Shown one piece after another: positions 39,994-50,543 of a stretch of DNA of 64,000 bases; within the stretch, counting starts at the first letter, position 1, and the number at the start of each line of letters is the position of its first letter. This stretch comes from Bacteroidota bacterium (lineage in GTDB: Bacteria; Bacteroidota; Bacteroidia; AKYH767-A; OLB10). Under the pieces are notes generated by a model. The model worked only from the letters and a program-made list of their open reading frames with translations. It was not told the origin of the DNA and did not search any database. Both the position numbers and the translations under genes were made by a program. The DNA is taken from assembly GCA_031421935.1 (NCBI GenBank), contig JANOPQ010000185.1, positions 11,914-75,913 on the forward strand, given 5' to 3'.

Positions 39994-40899
39994 TTATTTT
40001 AGCCAACTGGATAAATCACGATTGATTAATTGTTGTGTTCTGATGATATCGTTTCTGTAAAAATTCAATAGATCTTCTCTTAGTTTTGCATCAAGAATTA
40101 ATTTGTTTTCACCTTGTTTCGATGGTTTTCTAAATTGATGCATTATTTTTCTCCTCGTTTTTTCTGCAATCAAAAAATGAGTAATTGGCTTCAATAATGT
40201 TTTTACATGGTTATTTTGAAAGAGATATTTAAACCAGAAATTATGTTGTTGTGGATCTGAAATATTGTATTTTACGGAAGTGTCTGGAATAATAGAGCCG
40301 TCCACATTTATAAATTTGAACAACTCCTGCATAATTTCTACAGGCTGTTTGGTGAGTTCTTCTTGTAATATCACTTTTACTTTGGTGAAATGTTGTTGAA
40401 AAGCAGCAATACCATCTGCATACAAACCCAATCGCTTGTATTGCCACATAAAATCCCAGTTCAATACGGCACGATTCGCTTCTTCTTCTAATGCTGATTC
40501 AAGGGATAGATCTTCTTTATCCATTCTTGTAAAATGTTTGTAGCCGCTAAGGAGTCGATCAATTGGTTGTCGGATAACAATGATTATCGGAATATCTCCC
40601 AGTGTTTTTTTGATATTTGGAATGGCTGTATCATGATAGTGAAGATAACAAGTAGACACTTCACCAATTGCACCTCCTTGACATTTGGAGTAAAGTTGAT
40701 TGTATTTATCCTCAGTAAAAATGATGCGAGAACTTTCTCTTCTTCCACGCTCATCTTCCGATTGATTTTTATATAAATCAGATATAAAGAAAAAGGTTTC
40801 TTTTTTTGGAATACACACTTCAGGATGTTGTTCTAGATAATAGAACAACGATGTGGTTCCACATTTTGCAACACCAGCAACAAGGAAATTTGGTTTCAT
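39994..40899 (-). CDS. PAPS-dependent sulfotransferase (paralog 4 of 4)
   Basis: GVAKCGTTSL and VIRQPIDRLLSGY motifs. Confidence 0.7.
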   Translation of the reverse strand: MKPNFLVAGVAKCGTTSLFYYLEQHPEVCIPKKETFFFISDLYKNQSEDERGRRESSRIIFTEDKYNQLYSKCQGGAIGEVSTCYLHYHDTAIPNIKKTLGDIPIIIVIRQPIDRLLSGYKHFTRMDKEDLSLESALEEEANRAVLNWDFMWQYKRLGLYADGIAAFQQHFTKVKVILQEELTKQPVEIMQELFKFINVDGSIIPDTSVKYNISDPQQHNFWFKYLFQNNHVKTLLKPITHFLIAEKTRRKIMHQFRKPSKQGENKLILDAKLREDLLNFYRNDIIRTQQLINRDLSSWLK

Positions 40900-42230
40900 A
40901 ATGAATCAGTGGATGTATTATTCGATCGAGTTAAGCCTGGAATATAGATGGAAAGGAATCCAAATTTTTTATAGACATATAAACAGCCAGCAAAATTTTG
41001 AACAATCTTTGCCGACGCAGAAGCAATGGCAGCTCCCGTAATACCAATTCGAGGCACTAGAATAATGTTAAGCGTAATACTTGTAAATGCAGCGAAAAGA
41101 ATGATGGTATTGTATGGTTTTTGATGCCCTGTCATTTGCAATAGTATCCCAACTGAGCCAGTAATGGAGCTAAAGAAATTTCCAATGGAGAGTATAATTA
41201 ACGCCGTGCTGGCTTGTTCAAATTCTTTTCCAAAAAAGGAAAGTATCCATTCTGGAAAGATAATGATCAATACGGTAAATGGTAGGGTTGCGTAAAAGAG
41301 CATTTTAGTGGATGTAAAAATGGAATCGCGTAGTTTCGAGAAATCATTCTTGCTGTGATATTCGGCAAAAGTGGGACCTTGAATGGCATTGATGGCCATT
41401 AATATTATTGCGGACGCAGAAGCCATTTTAAAAGCGGTATCATATAATCCTACTTCAAGTTCTGTCCTAAAAATGCCAATTACTAAATTGTCGATCCAGT
41501 TTAAAATAAAAAAGATGGAGCCAGTGATCATCATAGGAAGAGATTCTAATGCCATCTCCTTCATTGATGTTGTTTCAACAACTGCAACTTCTTTTATTCG
41601 ACTGTATTTATACCATGCAATACTATATAATAATAGGACAAGAATGCATGAAATCATATATCCAAGTGTAGGGCTAATGTTTAGCGCAAAATAATATCCA
41701 ATAAAAATAAAGGCTACGTTGAATAAAGGAATGATCGCTTTATAAAGAGTGAAACCAATCATGTTTTTCATACCACGAAATGCAGCAGCATGAATATTAA
41801 TAAACACAAATGGCGCTAATGCAAAACACATTACTTTTAGATGTGTTGTTAATTGCGGTTTGTGAAATACTGCATTCGCTAAATATTCAGCGGTGACAAA
41901 CAGCAATAATGAAAGAAGCACCGAGCTTATGGCTGTAATTTTGATGGATGTGATAAACGCCGATTTAATAACTTCTGGTCGATCAGCTGCTTTAGCAGCT
42001 GCGACTTTTCTAGTGAGTAGATTGTCTAAGCCCAACAATCCAAGAATGGCCAACAATTGCAGTACCGTGAACGATAATGTAAAACTTCCCAAGGCGGTTG
42101 GCCCTAACATCCGTGCCACAACAAAAACAAAAAGATACTGAGTTATCATCCCTCCAGCTTTCACCGAAAGTGCAATGCCACCTTTTTCTAGTAGTAAGGA
42201 TGATTCCTTTTGATTGCCCTTTTTACTCAT
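40896..42230 (-). CDS. Wzx-like oligosaccharide flippase (MOP superfamily)
   Basis: 444 aa, about 12 TM helices; polysaccharide-biosynthesis-protein family pattern; 4-nt overlap with the first sulfotransferase. Confidence 0.65.
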   Translation of the reverse strand: MSKKGNQKESSLLLEKGGIALSVKAGGMITQYLFVFVVARMLGPTALGSFTLSFTVLQLLAILGLLGLDNLLTRKVAAAKAADRPEVIKSAFITSIKITAISSVLLSLLLFVTAEYLANAVFHKPQLTTHLKVMCFALAPFVFINIHAAAFRGMKNMIGFTLYKAIIPLFNVAFIFIGYYFALNISPTLGYMISCILVLLLYSIAWYKYSRIKEVAVVETTSMKEMALESLPMMITGSIFFILNWIDNLVIGIFRTELEVGLYDTAFKMASASAIILMAINAIQGPTFAEYHSKNDFSKLRDSIFTSTKMLFYATLPFTVLIIIFPEWILSFFGKEFEQASTALIILSIGNFFSSITGSVGILLQMTGHQKPYNTIILFAAFTSITLNIILVPRIGITGAAIASASAKIVQNFAGCLYVYKKFGFLSIYIPGLTRSNNTSTDSL

Positions 42231-42311
42231 ATCTTCAAAGGCAAAGATGACTATTTTTCCTTCTATAAGTGAGTGTAATTCCTGTTTCTCTTACGAGATT
42301 TCAACCACTAT

Positions 42312-42344
42312 AAAAAGAAAAAAGAGGCCGGTTTTGCCGACCTC
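42312..42344 (-). terminator. orphan minus-strand terminator-like hairpin
   Basis: On the minus strand, gaggtcgg-caaaa-ccggcctc followed by TTTTTTCTTTTT. No minus-strand ORF lies upstream of it. Confidence 0.4.
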
Positions 42345-42850
42345 CTTGGAACTAATGAAAAGTATAAAAAAATGACAATTTGTTATTTATATTTTGGAAA
42401 TGTGATATATTGCGACAAATTTGATTTTCAAATTGCTGTGGAGCAACAAGTTAAGGTTCTATTTTGCTCGGTTCTTTGAATAAGTAAGCTAGGATCTAGG
42501 CATTCTTAAGAGGAGTGATGAATTGCAAATCAGTTAAAGAGTTTAATTTTTATAGGAGGCTGAAGGATTTTATTAACGTAATGAAGTGCCGTTTTTTGAT
42601 TTAATAATTTTTACAAAGAAGAGAAGGCAAAGTGAATTTTAGCTTATGCTAGTATTAAATTGAAATAAACTTTTGGGTGTGTTATTCATGTTACAGGCGG
42701 TTGTTAACATTAATTTAAAAGAGAGTTTATTTAATCAATCGGTTTTACAATTTGGTAATGGTAAGATAATTTGAAAAGTATTCATTTCGGATTTCTGGTT
42801 TCTACTTTTGCATTCAATAAAATTCTAAACTTCTCATCGCAGCTGAAATC

Positions 42851-44956
42851 ATGAAAAAATTTACCATCTTATTCTTGTCCTTCATATTATTGTACCAATT
42901 GGGAAGTAGCCAAAATGGTTTGGAAGGGGTCATTGTAGAAAAATATTATATTTCTAATGCTGCTGATGCAGCCGGAAGTTCTGGTGTGTTACCAACTGGA
43001 TCTACTACCTATCGCATTTTTATTGATTTGCTGCCAGGTTATACATTTCAAGCTGCATACGGTGTTCCTAATCATGAACTTCGTTTCCAAACTACTACTT
43101 CTTTTTTCAACAATGAAGATTACGGTGCTACCACACCTACTTTTAGTAAAACAAATGCTAGAAATAATACCGTAATGTTAGATTCTTGGTTTAGTGGCGG
43201 AGCCTCTTGTGGAGGTAATTTTGGTATTTTGAAACCAGAAGATGGAGTAGCAGGTGGAACCAATGTTATTAATGCAAATGGAATTTTAGCAAACAACGAC
43301 CCTCTCGCAGGTATTCCTTTAACTGCACAGGATGGAATTTATACAGCTGTAACTCCTTCTGTAACCGTACTCGGTTTTACTCCAGCTCAGTTAGATGTGA
43401 TCGACGCAATTAGTAATGTTGGAAATTTAATTTCTACAACGAATGCTTCATGGGCTGTTTTGGGTGGTTCAACAGGCCCAATTCCATCTGTAAATAAAAT
43501 ACTAATAGCACAGTTTACGACGAATGGTACATTTTCTTTTAAATTAAATATTCAAATTGGAACTCCTATGCCTGGTGTTTCTCAGAATTTTGTTGCTGAA
43601 AATGCAACCGGAAACGAAATTCTTTTCCCTGCATTAATTTATTCCTCTGTTTCTCTTCCTACAGCAGCAGTATCTATCGCAACCAATGTCCCATTCCCGG
43701 TTTGTACCGGAACATCAGTGGTTTTTACCGCTACTCCTGTAAATGGTGGTGCTACCCCTTCTTATCAATGGAAGAGGAATGGCGCTAACGTAGGTACCAA
43801 TAGCCCTACGTATACTACTTCCGGACTTGTTGCCAACAATGTCATTACCTGCGTAATGACTTCCAGTATTGCTGGGGCGCTGAATAATCCGGCTACGTCA
43901 AATGCGATCACAGCACAAATAATTGCAAAACCTGTAGCCAATATTGTATCTACCGGACCTACCACCTACTGCTCCAGTGCGAATGCCTGTACATTATCAA
44001 CTACGGCTGTAGCGGGTGACACGTATTTATGGTTTAAAGGGTCTACAAGCATTGCCAATTCTAACAGTCCCACGTATGTTCCAAACTCTACTACTTCTAA
44101 AACGTACAAAGTACAAGTAACAAATAGTGGTGGTTGTAGCAAAACATCCAGCACCGTAAGTATTACAGTAAATCCGTTACCGGTTGCAACGGTAACCATT
44201 TCCGGACCTACTACGTTTTGTAAAGGCTCAAATGCTTGTACGCTGACAGCGAACAGTGGCGCAGGACTTACTTACCAATGGAAAAAAGGAAGCGTTAATG
44301 AGGCTGGAGCTACCGGAATTTCTTTTCAACCTAATGCTACAAGCACTGGTTATAAAGTTCAAGTCACCAATGCAAATGGTTGTTCTAAAACTTCTAGTGC
44401 AACAGCTATAATCGCTAACGCACTTCCAACTGCAACAATTACCCCACAAGGTCCTACTACTTTTTGTAGTGGTGACAGCGTAGTTTTAAAGGCTAATAGC
44501 GGGGCTGGATTAACTTATCAGTGGATTAAAGGCGTTATACCACAAGCCGGTCAAACGTCAATTAATTACACAGCTAAATCACAAGCTTCTTATAAAGTAA
44601 CTGTAACGAATGCTAATGGTTGTACAAAAAATTCATCATCGGTTTCAATAACTGTTAATTGTCGTGAAGGGGATTCATTCGGAATTTCTGATGGAAATGA
44701 AAGTCTTTCTACTTATCCAAATCCAACGAATGGTCCATTCACAATAAATTATTATAACAATGAATTAATTTATACTGATGCACAAATAGTAATTCTAGAT
44801 GTTTTAGGTCGAGTGATTTATACGGAGGAAGTTGAAATTGTTGATGGAGTATTTAACAAAGAACTTTCGTTGGAGAACCCATTAGTGAATGGAATGTATT
44901 TTGTTTCCTTAAACTATAGTGGAAAGGGAATTACCAATAAGTTCTTGGTTGATTAA
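42851..44956 (+). CDS. T9SS cargo protein: conserved N-domain (paralog A1) + 4 SprB-like Ig repeats + type-A CTD
   Basis: Signal peptide, then GLEGVIVEKYYIS N-domain shared with 4 other genes. Repeats with C.G....L.A.SGAGLTYQW.KG pattern. C-terminal YPNPTNGPFTI...MYFVSL...KFLVD. Confidence 0.75.
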   Translation: MKKFTILFLSFILLYQLGSSQNGLEGVIVEKYYISNAADAAGSSGVLPTGSTTYRIFIDLLPGYTFQAAYGVPNHELRFQTTTSFFNNEDYGATTPTFSKTNARNNTVMLDSWFSGGASCGGNFGILKPEDGVAGGTNVINANGILANNDPLAGIPLTAQDGIYTAVTPSVTVLGFTPAQLDVIDAISNVGNLISTTNASWAVLGGSTGPIPSVNKILIAQFTTNGTFSFKLNIQIGTPMPGVSQNFVAENATGNEILFPALIYSSVSLPTAAVSIATNVPFPVCTGTSVVFTATPVNGGATPSYQWKRNGANVGTNSPTYTTSGLVANNVITCVMTSSIAGALNNPATSNAITAQIIAKPVANIVSTGPTTYCSSANACTLSTTAVAGDTYLWFKGSTSIANSNSPTYVPNSTTSKTYKVQVTNSGGCSKTSSTVSITVNPLPVATVTISGPTTFCKGSNACTLTANSGAGLTYQWKKGSVNEAGATGISFQPNATSTGYKVQVTNANGCSKTSSATAIIANALPTATITPQGPTTFCSGDSVVLKANSGAGLTYQWIKGVIPQAGQTSINYTAKSQASYKVTVTNANGCTKNSSSVSITVNCREGDSFGISDGNESLSTYPNPTNGPFTINYYNNELIYTDAQIVILDVLGRVIYTEEVEIVDGVFNKELSLENPLVNGMYFVSLNYSGKGITNKFLVD

Positions 44957-45003
44957 TGTACATTTATTAGCATAAATTTCAAAAAGTTTAATTCAAGTTA
45001 GTA

Positions 45004-46110
45004 ATGAAAAAGTATTGTTGGTGTTATTTGTTTTTTTGTTTTATATTGAATTCAAATGCAAATGCACAAAAAGGGTTGGAGAATATTATAGTGGAGAAGT
45101 ATTATATTTCTACAGCTGCCGATACAATAGGAACAGAGCTAGGAGGGTATCTTCCTATTGGCTCTGTTACTTATCGTGTGTATGCCGACTTAACTCCTGT
45201 TCATCGACTTCAAGCCATTTATGGGGAAGCCCAACATGAATTAAAAATTGCTACTACAACTCGTTTTTTTAATTGTGCAAAAAATGATGGAAAGTCATCC
45301 ACTGACATAGAACCTTCTTTTCTTAAAGAAAGCACTTTGCTGTTGGATTCATGGGTCAGTGTAGGTGCTGCATGCTTAGATTATCAAGCTGTGTTGAAAT
45401 CAATGGATGATTCGCTTCCCACTTTTGTTGAAAGTAATGAACTGAATATTTTGAGAAATGAAGAAAAGGATCTAGGTATTCCATTGACAATAGTAGATGG
45501 AATGAAGAAGTTGAAACTACAACCAGGTCCTGTGTTTTTCAATTTCGATAAGGAGTTGCAAAATTTCCAGTATGCATTTCGAGATTCAGTAAATGGCATC
45601 ATCAGTACACTCAATGGTGCTTGGGCTTCTTTTGGTGGATCTGTGGGCCCACACCCTCAAAATCAAGTTTTGTTAGGTCAATTTACTACCGATGGTGTAT
45701 TTAGTTTTGAATTGAATTTGTTAATAGCTATTCCAGGAGGAGGTTCTGAAAAGTTTGTCGCAAAAAATCCGGTAGATAGCGAATTTGTGTTTCCAGCTTT
45801 AATTTATACTTCTTCACCTAACAATAAGTCGCCTCAAATCTTGTTGGCTGTTGATCAACAGCAAAAGAAGAAAGGAGTAAGTGCAATTGAATTATTGGCA
45901 ACGGCCAGTGATGAGGATGGAAAAGTAGTAGCTGTCGATTTTTATGTTAATGATAGATTGGTTTATACAGATTCTACTTTTCCGTTTGCATTTAGCTATA
46001 ATGGAAATTCAAAGGATGCCATAGTATCAGCTTCTGCCATAGACGATAAGGGAACTAAATGCAGATCTAAAAATATATTTCTTTCTGGTACTATTTCTCA
46101 GCACGATTAA
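45004..46110 (+). CDS. secreted protein: conserved N-domain (paralog A2) + C-terminal Ig-like domain; no CTD
   Basis: Signal peptide + GLENIIVEKYYIS N-domain. C-terminal Ig-like module (ASDEDGKVVAVDFYVNDRLVYTDSTFPFAFSY). Confidence 0.65.
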   Translation: MKKYCWCYLFFCFILNSNANAQKGLENIIVEKYYISTAADTIGTELGGYLPIGSVTYRVYADLTPVHRLQAIYGEAQHELKIATTTRFFNCAKNDGKSSTDIEPSFLKESTLLLDSWVSVGAACLDYQAVLKSMDDSLPTFVESNELNILRNEEKDLGIPLTIVDGMKKLKLQPGPVFFNFDKELQNFQYAFRDSVNGIISTLNGAWASFGGSVGPHPQNQVLLGQFTTDGVFSFELNLLIAIPGGGSEKFVAKNPVDSEFVFPALIYTSSPNNKSPQILLAVDQQQKKKGVSAIELLATASDEDGKVVAVDFYVNDRLVYTDSTFPFAFSYNGNSKDAIVSASAIDDKGTKCRSKNIFLSGTISQHD

Positions 46111-46301
46111 TAACCAGGTTTGTTAAATTATTGTTTTCAATTGGTACCAATTTTGGTATTCCTTAACTCAAAGTTAATCTTCTTTTAAACAATAATAAAG
46201 GGTAATTGTTGAGTTTTGTCGTCTGATTGCTTCTATACAAAGCAACTGATTTTGGAACTAGTATACTTAACATTATCAATTAATATTTAATACCATTTAT
46301 T

Positions 46302-47390
46302 ATGAAAAAATTAATACTCCTTTCTGGACTTCTCATGACCAGCTTGTTTCTTCAAGCACAAAATGGGTTGGAAAATATCATTGTAGAAAGATACTATGTA
46401 TCGGAGCCAAATGATACAAATGCAAATTCTACTGGAGGTATTCTTCCTGTGGGATCTGTAACCTACCGCATTTATGTGGATATGTTACCAGGATATAAAT
46501 TTCAAGTATGTTACGGAGTTCCAACTCATGAAATGAGAATTGAAACTTCTACTTTGTTTTTTAATAATGAAGATCGTGGCTCTACATCACCTAATTTCTC
46601 CTTTGTGAATGCAGCAAAGAATACCGTAATGCTCGATTCATGGTTGTCAGTCGGAGCAGCATGTAATGGTTATATGGGAGTTTTGAAAACAGAAGATAAT
46701 GGAGTAAATAACATCATTAATAACTTTTCGCCACAGGTGTTGCAAGGTACAGATGCTTCTGCCGGAATTCCATTGACTACGCAAGATGGTTTGATTTTAA
46801 GTGCTCCAGAGCCTTTTAATGAATTAGGTTTGACAAATGATATTATCGTTTTTGATAATCAGAATGATGGTACAAATGGACCTTTGTTTTCAAGTTTTAA
46901 CGGTTCTTGGGTAGCTTTAAATGGAGCTTCAGGTCCTGATACTTCGATTAACAAAGTATTAATAGCGCAAATTACAACCGACGGAACTTTCTGCTTTAAA
47001 TTGAATGTGCAATTACGCTCTCCAATACCTGGTGTTGTTGAAAATTATGTTGCTGACAGCCCAACTGGAAATGAAATTGCTTTTCCAGGTTTACAATATT
47101 GTTCAAATGTTGGAAATCCAGAGTTTGCAGTGGAAGGTCCTGCGTTTAGTTTGTATCCAAATCCAACGCATGATATTTTTAGTATGTGGGTTTTTGCAAG
47201 CAGACAACCTGGAATATACAATTACAAAATTTATTCGATGGATGGAAAGCAGATGTTGAGTAAATCTTTAGGCGTTACTCAAGCTGATGTAATGGAGAAA
47301 GTGGATTTGTCAGCTTATCCTTCTGGAATATATTTTGTGGAACTTTCTGTTGAAGGACACTCTTCTACCAAGAAACTAATTAAAAATTAA
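46302..47390 (+). CDS. T9SS cargo protein: conserved N-domain (paralog A3) + type-A CTD
   Basis: GLENIIVERYYVS N-domain; C-terminal LYPNPTHDIFS...IYFVEL...KKLIKN. Confidence 0.75.
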   Translation: MKKLILLSGLLMTSLFLQAQNGLENIIVERYYVSEPNDTNANSTGGILPVGSVTYRIYVDMLPGYKFQVCYGVPTHEMRIETSTLFFNNEDRGSTSPNFSFVNAAKNTVMLDSWLSVGAACNGYMGVLKTEDNGVNNIINNFSPQVLQGTDASAGIPLTTQDGLILSAPEPFNELGLTNDIIVFDNQNDGTNGPLFSSFNGSWVALNGASGPDTSINKVLIAQITTDGTFCFKLNVQLRSPIPGVVENYVADSPTGNEIAFPGLQYCSNVGNPEFAVEGPAFSLYPNPTHDIFSMWVFASRQPGIYNYKIYSMDGKQMLSKSLGVTQADVMEKVDLSAYPSGIYFVELSVEGHSSTKKLIKN

Positions 47391-47442
47391 TTGTAACTGG
47401 TAAATAGTTCTAGTTTGATTAATTCTTGAAATTATTAAGTTA

Positions 47443-50400
47443 ATGATGAATGTATTGTATCGTTTGTTAATTGTAATAGGCTTCCTATTTTTATTTGTTA
47501 ATTCTGCAAAATCACAAGGCGTGATTCGAGGAAAAATAACAGATGCAAATGGAGAAACATTGATTGGAGTAACTGTCGTTGAGAAAGCAAATCCAAGCAA
47601 TGGACAAGTTAGCGATTTAGATGGTAATTATTCGATAAAGATTGTAAATAGTGAACCTGTCGTTTTGTTAATCACTTATGTTGGCTTTACTACTATTGAA
47701 CAAACTTTTCAGTTAGCGAATAATGAAATTAAATTACAAAACTTTGTTTTGAAAAGCGCTGCAACTGAAGTTAAAGAAGTGGAAATTGAAGCTAAAGCAA
47801 TTAAAGCTGCAGATTACTATATGGAGAATATGAAGAAAAAGTCGGCAACAACCATCGACTATGTTTCTTCAGAAACCATGCGTAAAACTGGTGATAATAA
47901 TGTATCTAATGCCATCGCTCGGATCACAGGTGTTTCTACAAGTAGTGCCGGTTTCATTACAGTAAGAGGCATTGGTGATCGATACGTGCGTACTACTATT
48001 AATGGAGCAACCATTCCAACATTAGATCCATTTACCAGTAATATCAAATTGGATTTTATTCCAGCAAATTTGGTCGACAATATTATCATTACGAAAACGG
48101 CTTCTCCTGATCTTCCTGGAAATTGGGCAGGCGCTTATATTTCTGTCGAAACAAAGGATTACCCAGAAAAATTATCGATTACGGTGGAATCACAAATCGG
48201 ATATAATTCACAGAGTACTTTTAAAAATGTATTAACAACAGATGGAAGTGCTACCGATTGGTTAGGATATGATGATGGATTCAGAGATCGTGATCATAAC
48301 CACGTGCAATATATTAATCGTCCTACGCAGTATCAAGAACTATGTGCATTGGGTTTGAAAGATTATTTTGCTGGCTTGGGAGTAACAACGAGTTGGGATC
48401 AAGGTACTGAAGCTGGAAATAATTATTTCAAATTGGGACTTATTCAATTAGGATTATTAGGGGCAGCAGAGATTAATGACCCAGTAGCTTACAATAACGC
48501 ATTATCATTATATGCTGCGAATTATGAATTGCAGGCTTTTGATAAAGTAAATGAATCTTTGCCGGTGTATGGAAAATCTTTTCCTAATAATTGGATTCCG
48601 TTTAAGAAGAAAGCTCCACTTAACTTCAGTCAAAGTTTTGGAATCGGTAATCAAATAAACATAGGCAAGAACGATGTTATTGGATTTTTATTTGGATTGA
48701 AGTATAATAGCTCGGTCTCATATGATCCATCTGCCAGCGGTACACGTATTGAGAAGCGAGGCGCTGAAGAGCAAACTTTATATACTTCTTCTCAAAACTT
48801 GAGTCGAGAAGCCAATGGATGGAGTGCTTTGATGAATTTGGCTTATAAATTTAACCCGAATAATTCAGTCTCTTTTTTATTTATGCCTAATCTGAATGGA
48901 ACTAATAACACACGCGAAATTTACCAAAATGATCTGATTGATTTTCCTGGATTAAGTTCCACTGTCTATGATCAATATTATGAGGAGCGTAAACAGTATA
49001 TTTATCAAGCAAAGTCAGAAAATTATTTTCCGAAGTTGAAGACAAAAGTAGAATTAAATGCATCTTATGCTGATGGAAATAGTGATGTTCCTGACTTTAA
49101 AACATGGAATGTACTCGATCTAAATGGACAGCTTTTAAGTGGGATAGGAGGAAACAGTAGATTTTTTAGATATCTTGATGAAAATGTACTTGATACAAGA
49201 GCAAATATTTTGTTTCCCATAAATGAGAAACCTGGTCTAAATCGTGACTTTAGTTTTGGAGCTTCAAGAGTATGGCAGGAGCGAGATTTTCAACAGTATT
49301 CATACAGTCTAGGTGCAACTGATAGCAGTGGAAATATTCAATCAGCTTCTTATTTTATTCCCAATAATGATTTAGATGCATTTTTAGATCCTTCGGAGTT
49401 TGATATAGAAAGTTATTTTTTTCAAGGGATTCCGAAGCGCCGAGCTAAGAAATTTTATTTTGATGATCCAAACCCAGCAAATCATACTATCGGTAATTCA
49501 GAAGTGTTAGCCGCTTTTGCAATGTTGGATTATAGTTTGAATTTTAGATGGCGCGCTTCCGTTGGTTTGCGAGTTGAAAAGGCAAAGCTGTTTGCTGATG
49601 TGTATGAATACGATCAGAAAGGGTATGGAGTAAATGATTTTAGACGCCGATTTGAAACCGATATTTTTTTGCCAAATCCCGGTAATTTTAATTTAACAAA
49701 GTATCTCCCAAGTCTTAATGTGATTTATAAGCTTAAAGAAGAAGAGAAAGTGGCTATGAATTTAAGAGCGAACTATAGTCGTACTACTGCTTATCCTAGT
49801 ATTCGCGAAATCACAGAAACCAATGTGTATGATTTCGAACTGCGAACTTTTGTTTTTGGTAATTCTAATTTGAGAGAAGTGGATATTGATAATTTCGATG
49901 TTCGATGGGAAACGTTTTATAAATCCGGTACTTCTATATCTTTAAGTGGATTTTATAAAGATTTTGCTAATCATATTGAATTGGTTAATTCAGTAGGAGG
50001 ATATTCTTGGCAAAATGTTGATAATTCATTCGTAGCCGGAATTGAAATAGAAGGAAAGAAAAATCTTACAAAACAATTTGAAGTTCGTGCTAATATTGCC
50101 GTTATTAATTCTGAAACAAATTTTAATTATAGAACAGTAAATGTAGTGAATGGAATTCGTACAGAAGTTCCTGGTGAGTTAATAAAGCGCAAAATGTTTG
50201 GTCAATCTCCCTATGTAGTAAATGCGATCGTTAGTTATCGCTTGGAGAAATCTAAAATTTTAATCACCGCCTCTTATAATATTCAAGGTAAGAAATTGGT
50301 AATTGCAAGTGATGAATTGGCTCCTGCCGTTTATGAGCTACCAAGAAACGTATTGGACATGAAGATAACAAAGGAGTTAGGAAAGCATTTTGTACTAGCT

Positions 50401-50532
50401 GTTAATATCAGAGATATTTTAAATGAACCCGTAACACGAGAGTATGATAATGATAGTTCTCTTGGTAAGAAAAATTACGATAGCTTTCGTTGGGGAACAA
50501 ATTATAATTTAGGATTAACCTATCGACTCTAA
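47443..50532 (+). CDS. SusC/RagA-like TonB-dependent outer-membrane receptor
   Basis: 1029 aa. N-terminal carboxypeptidase-regulatory-like domain (RGKITDANGETLIGVTVV), plug, and a barrel ending in an aromatic (…LTYRL). No SusD-like gene follows. Confidence 0.8.
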   Translation: MMNVLYRLLIVIGFLFLFVNSAKSQGVIRGKITDANGETLIGVTVVEKANPSNGQVSDLDGNYSIKIVNSEPVVLLITYVGFTTIEQTFQLANNEIKLQNFVLKSAATEVKEVEIEAKAIKAADYYMENMKKKSATTIDYVSSETMRKTGDNNVSNAIARITGVSTSSAGFITVRGIGDRYVRTTINGATIPTLDPFTSNIKLDFIPANLVDNIIITKTASPDLPGNWAGAYISVETKDYPEKLSITVESQIGYNSQSTFKNVLTTDGSATDWLGYDDGFRDRDHNHVQYINRPTQYQELCALGLKDYFAGLGVTTSWDQGTEAGNNYFKLGLIQLGLLGAAEINDPVAYNNALSLYAANYELQAFDKVNESLPVYGKSFPNNWIPFKKKAPLNFSQSFGIGNQINIGKNDVIGFLFGLKYNSSVSYDPSASGTRIEKRGAEEQTLYTSSQNLSREANGWSALMNLAYKFNPNNSVSFLFMPNLNGTNNTREIYQNDLIDFPGLSSTVYDQYYEERKQYIYQAKSENYFPKLKTKVELNASYADGNSDVPDFKTWNVLDLNGQLLSGIGGNSRFFRYLDENVLDTRANILFPINEKPGLNRDFSFGASRVWQERDFQQYSYSLGATDSSGNIQSASYFIPNNDLDAFLDPSEFDIESYFFQGIPKRRAKKFYFDDPNPANHTIGNSEVLAAFAMLDYSLNFRWRASVGLRVEKAKLFADVYEYDQKGYGVNDFRRRFETDIFLPNPGNFNLTKYLPSLNVIYKLKEEEKVAMNLRANYSRTTAYPSIREITETNVYDFELRTFVFGNSNLREVDIDNFDVRWETFYKSGTSISLSGFYKDFANHIELVNSVGGYSWQNVDNSFVAGIEIEGKKNLTKQFEVRANIAVINSETNFNYRTVNVVNGIRTEVPGELIKRKMFGQSPYVVNAIVSYRLEKSKILITASYNIQGKKLVIASDELAPAVYELPRNVLDMKITKELGKHFVLAVNIRDILNEPVTREYDNDSSLGKKNYDSFRWGTNYNLGLTYRL

Positions 50533-50543
50533 TTCGCTAGAAT

